DNA of 32,000 nt from Candidatus Saccharimonadota bacterium (GTDB lineage Archaea; Nanobdellota; Nanobdellia; Pacearchaeales; GW2011-AR1): the NCBI GenBank assembly GCA_041659445.1, contig JBAZYG010000001.1:210001-242000 (forward strand), written 5' to 3'. Below are positions 17,980-25,653 of this stretch, one piece after another. A program made the position numbers and the translations under genes. Each line of letters starts with the position of its first letter. Within the stretch, counting starts at the first letter, position 1. The notes under the pieces were generated by a model. It ran no database searches, had not been told where the DNA came from, and worked only from the letters and a program-made list of their open reading frames with translations.

Positions 17980-18314
17980 TTTAATTCAAAAATAACTATT
18001 TCATTTGCAAATCTTAATTTTTCTTCTGTAAGATTTTTAAAATATTTGTCTAATTGTTTTTGAATATATCCTCCAATTGTGTAAAATTTGAAATTTTGAG
18101 AATATTTTTCTTCTAATTTATATAATAGGCCATCTGGTTTTGCAACTCTTTGTCCAGGTTTAAATGAATCTTTGTCTCCTTTAAATGAATATTCATCTCC
18201 TCGTGCATCATCATAAAGCAAATAAATTCCTTTTTCATCTCTGAATTTTGTGATAAAATGTAAATCTATTGAATCAATGTCTTGTTCTAATGCGTCAAGT
18301 AATTCTTTTGTCAT
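17976..18314 (-). CDS. hypothetical 112-aa protein (second gene of the orphan trio)
   Basis: Tightly linked to both neighbouring genes. No family recognised. Confidence 0.5.
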   Translation of the reverse strand: MTKELLDALEQDIDSIDLHFITKFRDEKGIYLLYDDARGDEYSFKGDKDSFKPGQRVAKPDGLLYKLEEKYSQNFKFYTIGGYIQKQLDKYFKNLTEEKLRFANEIVIFELK

Positions 18315-18321
18315 GTGTAAT

Positions 18322-18594
18322 CTAGACGGATTTTTCTTTTACTATTGCAATTCCATAAAGGTTATAATATTCTTCTAATTTAGTTTCGTGATATTCTATT
18401 ATTTTAATAGTGTTTTTGGGCACTTCTTCTTTTATTACTTTTAAGAAATCTTTATTATTTTCAAAATTTCTTGTAATATGAAATCCTTCTATTGAATAAG
18501 GTCCTTCTTTTAAAGATAAAATAAAATCATTAAAATCTCTAGCGCTTATTGGAAGAATATCCTTCCAGGTTAATTTGTCTTTTAGACTTTCCAT
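18322..18594 (-). CDS. hypothetical 90-aa protein (first gene of the orphan trio)
   Basis: A TATA-like ctatttaaagg lies about 25 nt upstream on the minus strand. No family recognised. Confidence 0.5.
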   Translation of the reverse strand: MESLKDKLTWKDILPISARDFNDFILSLKEGPYSIEGFHITRNFENNKDFLKVIKEEVPKNTIKIIEYHETKLEEYYNLYGIAIVKEKSV

Positions 18595-18757
18595 ATCTTT
18601 TTTCGATTTTATTCCTTTAAATAGATTATTGTGATGAAAAGCAATTAATAAAAAGCTTTTTTGAATTTCGTGATTGCTTAAAAATTAAGATTTTTAGCTA
18701 AAAGGCTTTGTTGACCAAAGCTTTTTAAACCGATTTTTATTATCAATTCTAAGTAAA

Positions 18758-19387
18758 ATGTTCTATTTAACAGAGGTAGAGGATTACATTCGAGTAGACC
18801 CAAAACTTTTTGGTTTGCCTACTGAGCAGTCCATTAGTGAACAACTTGAGGAAACTTATTCAACTTATTATGACAAAGAATTAGGACATTCTATTTCAGT
18901 TATAGAAATTATTAGTGTTGGTGAAGGAATTATTATTCCTGGCGACGGTGCTGCATATTATAAATGTAAATTTAAATTATTAGTTTGGAAACCTGAACTT
19001 CAAGAATTGGTTTTCGGAAAAATTTTGGAAATAACTAATTTTGGTGCATTCATTGATATGGGTGTTATGAAAGGAATGATTCACATTAGTCAAACAATGG
19101 ATGATTATGTTAGTTTCAGTGATTCTGGAAATTTATCTGGAAAATCCAGCACAAGAGTTTTGAAAGCAGGTGATTTATGTTTAGCAAGAATTGTTGCAAT
19201 TAGTCATAAAGGAGAAGAACCAAAAGTCGGTTTGACAATGAGACAACCAGGTTTAGGAAAACTTGAATGGATTAAAGAAGAAAAAATAAAAAAAGAAGTT
19301 GAAGAAAAGAAAGCTGCAAAAGCTGCTGATAAAGAAACAAAATCATCTGGAAAACAAGATAAAAAAGGAGACAAAAAGAAAAAATAA
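18758..19387 (+). CDS. rpo7: DNA-directed RNA polymerase subunit Rpo7 (RpoE') with a Lys-rich C-terminal tail
   Basis: N-terminus MFYLTEVEDYIRVDPKLFG, then IIPGDGAAYY, and an S1 domain (GAFIDMGVMKGMIHISQ). TATA CTTTTTAAAC lies at 18721-18730. Confidence 0.9.
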   Translation: MFYLTEVEDYIRVDPKLFGLPTEQSISEQLEETYSTYYDKELGHSISVIEIISVGEGIIIPGDGAAYYKCKFKLLVWKPELQELVFGKILEITNFGAFIDMGVMKGMIHISQTMDDYVSFSDSGNLSGKSSTRVLKAGDLCLARIVAISHKGEEPKVGLTMRQPGLGKLEWIKEEKIKKEVEEKKAAKAADKETKSSGKQDKKGDKKKK

Positions 19388-19388
19388 A

Positions 19389-19583
19389 ATGACAGCAAAA
19401 GAAAAAGCATGTAAAATTTGCAAGACAATTTTTGAATCAGGAGAAAAATGCCCTAAATGTGGCTCTTCAGATTATAATGAAGGATATAAAGGAAAAATAA
19501 TTATTTTAGATCCTGAAAAATCTGAAATTGCTAAAAATATTAATATAAAAGAAAAAGGAACTTTTGCTATAAAAACAAGATAA
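19389..19583 (+). CDS. spt4: transcription elongation factor Spt4 (RpoE'')
   Basis: 64 aa with zinc ribbon CKIC...CPKC and IILDPEKSEIAK. The track start at 19299 overlaps rpo7, so I rejected it. Confidence 0.85.
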   Translation: MTAKEKACKICKTIFESGEKCPKCGSSDYNEGYKGKIIILDPEKSEIAKNINIKEKGTFAIKTR

Positions 19584-19940
19584 ATGGAAATTAAAATAAT
19601 TGAAAACCGAGACAATTTGCTTTTTAGAAGAAAAGAGGTTAAATTAGAAGTTGATACAGACGTGACTCCAAGTCGTGAAGATGCAAAAAAAATGATTTCT
19701 GAAAAAATTAAATGTCCTGTTGATTGTGTTCATATTTTAAAAATTGAAGGCAAATTTGGAGAAAGTCTTTTTACAATTTCTGCAGAAGTTTACAACAATG
19801 AAAGAGATAAAAAAGAATATGCTCCTGTTTTCAAGAAAAAAGATGTTGAGGCTGAAAAAAGAATTGTTGAATCTAAAAAAGTTAATGAAAAACCAAAAGA
19901 AGAATCAGAAGAAAATTCAAGTGAGGTAGAAAATGAGTGA
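19584..19940 (+). CDS. rps24e: 30S ribosomal protein S24e with a charged C-terminal extension
   Basis: N-terminus MEIKIIENRDNLLFRRKEVKLEV, then TPSREDAKKMISEK. It follows spt4 directly. Confidence 0.9.
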   Translation: MEIKIIENRDNLLFRRKEVKLEVDTDVTPSREDAKKMISEKIKCPVDCVHILKIEGKFGESLFTISAEVYNNERDKKEYAPVFKKKDVEAEKRIVESKKVNEKPKEESEENSSEVENE

Positions 19941-20115
19941 GTTAGAAGCAAGATTTGGAGCAATAGTAAATAAATCAAATCCAACTAAACGTTATCCAAT
20001 GTTAGTATTAGATTATCCTGCTAATACGCCTTCAAAAATTGGTCAAAAAAGAAATGAATTTTTGAAACAAATGTATAAAAGAGAATTAAAAAAATATAAT
20101 GCCGAGGTAGATTAA
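19933..20115 (+). CDS. hypothetical 60-aa protein between S24e and S27ae
   Basis: It overlaps the S24e end by 8 nt and the S27ae start by 1 nt (TAATG). No family recognised. Confidence 0.45.
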   Translation: MSELEARFGAIVNKSNPTKRYPMLVLDYPANTPSKIGQKRNEFLKQMYKRELKKYNAEVD

Positions 20116-20333
20116 TGGGAAAGAAAAAGAAAGTAGTAAAAAAGGGAAAGAAAAAACACATTAACAAACCTACTAGCAAGAAGTATACAAAATATAAAAT
20201 CGAAGGAAATAAAATCATTCGAGAAAGATCATGTCCTAGATGTGGTCCAGGTGTATTTTTAATGAATACAAAAGGTAGAGTTTATTGCGGTAAATGTCAT
20301 TACGCTGAATTTTCTAGTTCAGAGAAGAAGTAA
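20115..20333 (+). CDS. rps27ae: 30S ribosomal protein S27ae
   Basis: Zinc ribbon CPRCG...CGKC preceded by a Lys-rich N-terminus. Confidence 0.9.
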   Translation: MGKKKKVVKKGKKKHINKPTSKKYTKYKIEGNKIIRERSCPRCGPGVFLMNTKGRVYCGKCHYAEFSSSEKK

Positions 20334-20341
20334 AAATAAAA

Positions 20342-20617
20342 TTAAAAACTATCTCTGAAATCTGTTCCATATCCACATGTTTTATATTTTACTTTTATTT
20401 CCCAATTTTTATATTCAAGATTATTTTTTAAAAATGATTGAGTTTCAAAATTTAGAATGGATTTTATATATTCATTAATTTCAAAATCTTTTTTATCCAT
20501 ATTTTTTGGAAATTTACGATATCTACTTCTTTTTTTATGGTTTTTTACCTTAGTTGTTATTTTTATATATTTCCCAAAGTCTAAGGATTGAAGTATTTTT
20601 TCTTTTAAAGTAATCAT
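20342..20617 (-). CDS. hypothetical 91-aa basic protein
   Basis: Last ORF of a four-gene minus-strand run. No family recognised. Confidence 0.45.
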   Translation of the reverse strand: MITLKEKILQSLDFGKYIKITTKVKNHKKRSRYRKFPKNMDKKDFEINEYIKSILNFETQSFLKNNLEYKNWEIKVKYKTCGYGTDFRDSF

Positions 20618-20630
20618 GTTAAAATATAAA

Positions 20631-21149
20631 TTATTTTTTTATTGTTGTTGGTTCTTTGTTGTAATTAGGAAATAATTTTTCTATTATTTTGGGTATTTCT
20701 GTTGAAAATTCTTTTTGCATTCCATTTTGAAATTTGAAAGCAGTTAAATAAATTCTTTTGTCTGGTTTTATTTCTTCGGGCCATTGAACCCCATTTTGTA
20801 TTTCTACATTACAAATTTTTCCCCCAGCCCAAAGACTCTTCAAATTTTCTGCAACAAATCCAAAATTCATCATTGGTCTAATATATACTTCAATTTTACC
20901 TGTAGCATCTTTTAAATTTACAGAAATAATTTCTTCCCCTAATTTATCTCTTTCTTCATAATTTAATGGAATATAATCAAGACAAGGAAAAAGAACAGTT
21001 TTGCCTATGCATATTTTTTCTTTATTTTCGAGAAAATCATTTATTGTTGAACAAGCATAATCTGGAATTTCTGTAAAGCCTAATTTAAGTTTAAATTTTT
21101 TCCATTTATTTTCTTCTAGTTCTATTGCTTTTTTTCTAAGGTCTATCAT
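20631..21149 (-). CDS. hypothetical 172-aa protein
   Basis: ORF with TATA-like atttataaat about 25 nt upstream on the minus strand. No family recognised. Confidence 0.55.
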   Translation of the reverse strand: MIDLRKKAIELEENKWKKFKLKLGFTEIPDYACSTINDFLENKEKICIGKTVLFPCLDYIPLNYEERDKLGEEIISVNLKDATGKIEVYIRPMMNFGFVAENLKSLWAGGKICNVEIQNGVQWPEEIKPDKRIYLTAFKFQNGMQKEFSTEIPKIIEKLFPNYNKEPTTIKK

Positions 21150-21264
21150 AATTTTTGGATTGTTTAATTATTTATAAATTTTTGTGTATTAATTTATTTT
21201 TGTAAAAATATGTGAACAGTGCCTGAATTTAGACAGGATTGTTCTTTGAATGTTAAAAGTATAA

Positions 21265-21513
21265 TTATTCAAGTTTTCTAGTTAAAATGCATTTCATTGA
21301 AGGGTCTTTTTTTCCATTTCTCCGAAAAGCCTTATCACCTACAAAAACTTCAAATCCTTTTTCTTCATACTTTTTTGAATATTTTTCAACTTCCTTTGTT
21401 TCTACATTAGTTGTGAATCTATATCCTTGAGAGATTTGTTCTGAATAAACTTTTTCTACTTTTTCTCTACATAAATCTGGTCCTCTACTAAAATCAAAGG
21501 TTGTGTTTTCCAT
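21265..21513 (-). CDS. hypothetical 82-aa protein
   Basis: ORF. No family recognised. Confidence 0.5.
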   Translation of the reverse strand: MENTTFDFSRGPDLCREKVEKVYSEQISQGYRFTTNVETKEVEKYSKKYEEKGFEVFVGDKAFRRNGKKDPSMKCILTRKLE

Positions 21514-21530
21514 TTTCTTGTTTTTTAATT

Positions 21531-21752
21531 CTAATCTGGAAATTTTAAAGTAAATTTATCTTTTAGAGTTTTTCTTAATTCTGTTGATTCTTCTTCATTT
21601 ATTTGTGAAGATTTTGCAACATTTATTTGTGGTAATTGAGAATAGATTTTCATAATTTCTTCATGATATCCTACAGCATAAATAGTAAGGTTATCTTTTT
21701 CTACAAGTAATTTTTCATATCTTCTTTCAGGTTCGTTTTTTTCTTCTACCAT
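21531..21752 (-). CDS. hypothetical 73-aa protein
   Basis: ORF. TTATAA lies 20-27 nt upstream on the minus strand, which suggests a leaderless mRNA. Confidence 0.5.
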   Translation of the reverse strand: MVEEKNEPERRYEKLLVEKDNLTIYAVGYHEEIMKIYSQLPQINVAKSSQINEEESTELRKTLKDKFTLKFPD

Positions 21753-21779
21753 TTTTCATTTTCCTTTCTTGATTATAAC

Positions 21780-21832
21780 CCTGGGAGATTCTTCAAGCCC
21801 TCAAAAAGTTGACTTGAAGCTTCTCCTGGGGA
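21780..21832. other. GC-rich imperfect 53-nt hairpin / inverted repeat
   Basis: The arms are CCCTGGGAGATTCTTCAAG and CTTGAAGCTTCTCCTGGGG: 17 of 19 positions pair, including two G-T wobbles that work only in plus-sense RNA. An inner TCAA/TTGA stem has an AAAG loop. Confidence 0.6.
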
Positions 21833-22057
21833 AAAAGAGGTGATAATATTCCAATAATATCGAACTTTATAAACCTTTCTATAATGTTACCTTTTCAAAA
21901 TGACACTCGCTAATAATGCAAAAGTAGTGATTTTTGAAGGTTTTTCATGTTTAGAATGTTCTAAAACCTTATAAAATAAAGTGAATTATAACAGACATGG
22001 AAAAACTCAAAATCTTTGATTTTGATAAGTTTCATTTTAAAAAATAATCAATCTAGA

Positions 22058-22975
22058 ATGGAAAAAGAGGAGCATATTGAACAGAAGGTTAAACCAAGTG
22101 TAAGCCAAGATCAAGTTCATGATATTCTTTTTAGCAGGGAAATTGGTTGGCAAGAGATAATCTATGACTTGATTCACACAGAACAATTAGATCCTTGGGA
22201 CATAAATATTGGAGTTTTGACAGACAAGTTCTTTGAAAAAATCCAAGAATACGAAGAAATGGATTTTTTTGTTTCAAGCAAAGTTCTTTTGGCAGCGTCA
22301 CTTTTGCTTAGAATTAAATCTGAATTTTTGTTGAATAAATACATTAAAAGCATTGATGAAATTTTATTTGGAGAGAAAGAAAAGAAAAAAGTTGAGTTTG
22401 AAAGAATTGAATTAGATGAAGATATTCCGTTACTTATGCCTAAAAGTCCAATTCCAAGATACAAGAGAGTTACGCTTCAAGAACTTATTGGTGCGTTAAG
22501 CAAAGCAATTGTTACAGAAAATAGAAGAATTAAAAAAGAAATTGTAAATACCAATGCTTTGAGAGAAAGTGGAATTTCTTTGCCTAAAAAAAGATTTAAC
22601 TTGAAAGACAAACTCAAAGAAATTCATGAAAAATTATTAGAATATTTTAATAATAACAAAGAAGAAAAGAAAATAACTTACACTGCGTTGATTGGTGAAG
22701 ATAGAGAACAAAGAATTGCTTCGTTTTTCCCATTACTTCAACTTGAAAACAACAAGCAGATTTGGTTAGAACAAGAAGCACATTTTGAAGAAATAAATGT
22801 TTGGCTCAAAGATGTTTTTTTCCGAGAAAATCCAGATTTTTTCAAAGATTTGATTACAGAAGAAATTTTGGAAATTGAAGAAGAAATTAGAGAACTAGAT
22901 GAGGAAGACTTAGACGAAGAGTTGGAAGAAGATGAGAAAATTGAAAAAAATAATTTGAGTGATGAAGAAAATTAA
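22058..22975 (+). CDS. scpA: segregation and condensation protein A (kleisin ScpA) with an acidic C-terminus
   Basis: The motif LDPWDINIGVLTDKF...FVSSKVLLAASLLLRIKS is the ScpA N-terminal pattern. I use the ATG at 22058 rather than the track TTG at 22016. Confidence 0.85.
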   Translation: MEKEEHIEQKVKPSVSQDQVHDILFSREIGWQEIIYDLIHTEQLDPWDINIGVLTDKFFEKIQEYEEMDFFVSSKVLLAASLLLRIKSEFLLNKYIKSIDEILFGEKEKKKVEFERIELDEDIPLLMPKSPIPRYKRVTLQELIGALSKAIVTENRRIKKEIVNTNALRESGISLPKKRFNLKDKLKEIHEKLLEYFNNNKEEKKITYTALIGEDREQRIASFFPLLQLENNKQIWLEQEAHFEEINVWLKDVFFRENPDFFKDLITEEILEIEEEIRELDEEDLDEELEEDEKIEKNNLSDEEN

Positions 22976-23403
22976 TATTGAGCAAAATGTTCCTTGTATG
23001 TGGGGGATAATTTATTTAATTCTTCACTTGAAATTGGCGGAAAACTTACATCTATATTTCCATTTCTCAAATCCACTTCAATTTCTATTTTTTTTATTAA
23101 CTTTTCTTTAACTTCATCTAAGATAGTCTCTAAATATTTTTTTTCTATAGAATTTACTAAATAACTTGCCTCTTGCTTTATTGCTTTGTTTGTAAATAAT
23201 CTTGGAGAATTTTCAATTTTTTTTGCGAGATTATAAACTTCTCCAATTTTTTTATTTTCTGTGTAAAGGTTTTTTGCTTTTAGTAACTTTTTTTTATTAT
23301 TTTTTTTTGAAAATATAGAAAATCCTATAATTGAAGCTATAGTTATGCCTAATGCAGCTCCTGCACCATAAAAGAATCCTAAATTTTCTGGACTTATTTC
23401 CAT
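22972..23403 (-). CDS. N-terminally membrane-anchored hypothetical protein (143 aa)
   Basis: One TM helix followed by a charged helical region. Confidence 0.5.
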   Translation of the reverse strand: MEISPENLGFFYGAGAALGITIASIIGFSIFSKKNNKKKLLKAKNLYTENKKIGEVYNLAKKIENSPRLFTNKAIKQEASYLVNSIEKKYLETILDEVKEKLIKKIEIEVDLRNGNIDVSFPPISSEELNKLSPTYKEHFAQY

Positions 23404-23451
23404 AATTTATTTATCAAAGTCCCATTTTTAAGGATTTATATACTAATTAAT

Positions 23452-24045
23452 TTATTTTTTTCCAATAAATTTTGCTAAATATTTTGTAATATAATAAGCA
23501 GAGCCAAACAAGACAATTCCGGGTAATAATGCTAATCCTAAACTTGGAACAATCAAACTTGTTCCTAGAACTCCGACAGCTCCAACTCCGACTGATTCAA
23601 GAATTTGAACTGCTTTAGGAATTGTTTTTTCAACACCTTTTTGTAAAGCATCAATTTGCATTACTAATTTTCCATTTTTCATAATTCGGATTTTTTTATC
23701 TTCTTCTGAAACTACAATTGAAATGTTTCCGTTTACAGAAGCACTTAATCCTGCACTGTGTCTTGTTCCAAAATTTTTCAAAGTTTTATTTGATTTTACT
23801 TTAACTCCATATGCTCTCATAAATCCAGATTTGTCAATGATTACTGCTCCGTCCATTAATGCAAGAGATTCCAAAAGTTTCGGATTACTTAAAATATTAA
23901 ATGGCGGAACTTTTTGTTCAACTAATTCGTCGTATTTTGTGTTGCCTATTACAAATAGAGCTCCTTCTCCTCTTTTTGCGATTTTTATTCCTATCTCAAT
24001 TAATGTTTCTTCAATTTTGGATATAAATGTTTTTTGTGTTTTCAT
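23452..24045 (-). CDS. diadenylate cyclase (DAC/DisA_N domain) with C-terminal transmembrane helices
   Basis: EGALFVIGN, MDGAVIIDKSG (DGA motif), FGTRHSAGLSAS (RHR-type motif read as RHS) and IVVSEEDKKIRIMKNGK. The C-terminal ~45 aa is hydrophobic. Confidence 0.85.
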   Translation of the reverse strand: MKTQKTFISKIEETLIEIGIKIAKRGEGALFVIGNTKYDELVEQKVPPFNILSNPKLLESLALMDGAVIIDKSGFMRAYGVKVKSNKTLKNFGTRHSAGLSASVNGNISIVVSEEDKKIRIMKNGKLVMQIDALQKGVEKTIPKAVQILESVGVGAVGVLGTSLIVPSLGLALLPGIVLFGSAYYITKYLAKFIGKK

Positions 24046-24095
24046 AAGTGTATTATTTTCAAAGAGTTTATAATGTTTTCTTTCTAATTGTTTTT

Positions 24096-24767
24096 ATGAA
24101 ATTTGCAGTTTTATTTTCAGGTGGAAAAGATTCTGTTTATTCTGCATATTTAGCAAAGCAAAAAAATCATGAATTAAGTTGTTTGATTTCTGTTGTTTCA
24201 GAAAATCAAGAAAGTTACATGTTTCATACTCCTAACATTGATAAAACTAAAAAGCAAGCAGAAGTTATGAAAGTTCCTTTGTTAATTCAGGAAACAAAAG
24301 GAAAAAAAGAAATTGAATTAAATGATTTGGAAAAAGTTTTGAAAAAAGCCAAGAAAATTTATCAAATTGAAGGAGTAATTACAGGTGCAATTCAAAGTGT
24401 TTATCAATCTTCAAGAATTCAAAAAATTTGTGATAAATTAAATTTAGAGTGTTTTAATCCTCTTTGGCAAAAAAATGAAATTGAGTATTTAAAAGAATTA
24501 ATAAAAAATAAATTTAAAGTTATGATTGTCGGGGTTTTTGCTTATCCTTTGAATGAAAAATGGCTTGGAAGAATTATCGACGATAAATTCATCTCAGAAG
24601 TTGAAATTTTGAAAAGTAAATTTAAGATTCATCCTGCTGGTGAAGGTGGAGAATTTGAAACTTTTGTTTTGAATTGCCCTTTGTTTAAAAAAGAATTAAA
24701 AGTTAAATCTTTTAAAGATGTTTCAACAGGAGAAAATTCTTGGAAAAGAGAAATTGAGGTTGAATGA
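24096..24767 (+). CDS. dph6: diphthine-ammonia ligase-like PP-loop ATPase (Dph6 / MJ0570 family)
   Basis: MKFAVLFSGGKDS (PP-loop SGGKDS) and HPAGEGGEFETFV. The track start at 24048 is an upstream extension, which I rejected. Confidence 0.8.
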   Translation: MKFAVLFSGGKDSVYSAYLAKQKNHELSCLISVVSENQESYMFHTPNIDKTKKQAEVMKVPLLIQETKGKKEIELNDLEKVLKKAKKIYQIEGVITGAIQSVYQSSRIQKICDKLNLECFNPLWQKNEIEYLKELIKNKFKVMIVGVFAYPLNEKWLGRIIDDKFISEVEILKSKFKIHPAGEGGEFETFVLNCPLFKKELKVKSFKDVSTGENSWKREIEVE

Positions 24768-24801
24768 AAAGATATTTAATATTAATTGGATTAAATAAAA
24801 A

Positions 24802-25176
24802 ATGGTTGATAAGATAATTATAAAGAAATATTTTAAGTTTTTAGAGTCAGGAGATTATAAAAATATGATAACTTTATTTTCTAAAAATGCGATAATTTTT
24901 TCTCCTTTGTATGGAAAAGTAAGTGCAACGAAATTTTATAAAGACCTCTTTAATGATACAAACAAATCAAAGATAAAATTAATTAATATCTTCTCAAATA
25001 AATCTTCCCATTTAATTGGTTATTTCAAATATAATTGGACATTAAAAAATAAGTCTTTTATTTCTTTTTATGGAACAGATATTTTTAGTTTTAATAAAAA
25101 TGGAAAAATAAAAGAAGTTCGAATAATTTATGATACATCACCAATTAAAGAATCTTTTAATAATTTAAAAAATTAA
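24802..25176 (+). CDS. NTF2/SnoaL-like fold protein (124 aa)
   Basis: Pattern KYFKFLESGDYKNMITLFSKNAIIFSP...GKIKEVRIIYD. This is a weak, recalled resemblance only. Confidence 0.4.
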   Translation: MVDKIIIKKYFKFLESGDYKNMITLFSKNAIIFSPLYGKVSATKFYKDLFNDTNKSKIKLINIFSNKSSHLIGYFKYNWTLKNKSFISFYGTDIFSFNKNGKIKEVRIIYDTSPIKESFNNLKN

Positions 25177-25177
25177 A

Positions 25178-25633
25178 ATGAGTTTACAAGTAGAATCTAT
25201 TTTAAAAGAAAAAGGAATTGATTATAGACTTATTCATTTATCTTCTAAAGGCGTTTCTTTTGATGATGTGATAAAATATTCTAAAGATAAATTAAATTCT
25301 GAGGAAATTTGCAAAACAATTATTGTTCATGATAAAAAAGATGTTAAGTACGCTTTCTTAATTAAAGGTAATAAAAAAATAGATTTTTCTAAAGTTAAAG
25401 AAATTATTGGTGGTAAAGCTAGTATTTTGAGTTATGACGATTTAAAAAAATCAATTGGAACAGAACCGGGAGCAGTTTGTCCTTTATTATTAGATATTCC
25501 CCTTTTTGTGGATAATCATGTTTTTGAAACTGATAAAATAAATTTTGGTTCAGGAGATTCTCTATTTGGTTTAGAAATTCAATCAAATGATTTAAAGAAA
25601 ATTATATCTTTTAAACTGGTTGAGGTTGAATGA
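25178..25633 (+). CDS. YbaK/EbsC-type aminoacyl-tRNA deacylase domain protein
   Basis: KTIIV, G.KKIDFSKVKEIIG, GAVCPL and INFGSGD follow the YbaK-domain pattern. Confidence 0.72.
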   Translation: MSLQVESILKEKGIDYRLIHLSSKGVSFDDVIKYSKDKLNSEEICKTIIVHDKKDVKYAFLIKGNKKIDFSKVKEIIGGKASILSYDDLKKSIGTEPGAVCPLLLDIPLFVDNHVFETDKINFGSGDSLFGLEIQSNDLKKIISFKLVEVE

Positions 25634-25653
25634 TAAAAAATTAATTTTAAATT

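Noticed and set aside
19204-19428. Track ORF start at 19299 for spt4, and the antisense ORF at 19204-19428
   Set aside because: Both arise from the Lys-codon-rich tail of rpo7. The Spt4 homology begins at the ATG at 19389.
19744-20218. ORFs 19744-19929 (+), 19790-19984 (-) and 20021-20218 (-)
   Set aside because: These are alternative-frame or antisense readings of S24e, the 60-aa ORF and S27ae, and they are low complexity.
22016-22057. TTG-initiated N-terminal extension of ScpA
   Set aside because: The extension (MILISFILKNNQSR) is hydrophobic or odd, and the first ATG at 22058 begins the conserved region.
24048-24095. N-terminal extension of Dph6 (MYYFQRVYNVFFLIVF)
   Set aside because: It overlaps the DAC gene start region. 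The PP-loop family normally starts right at MKxxxLxSGGKDS.
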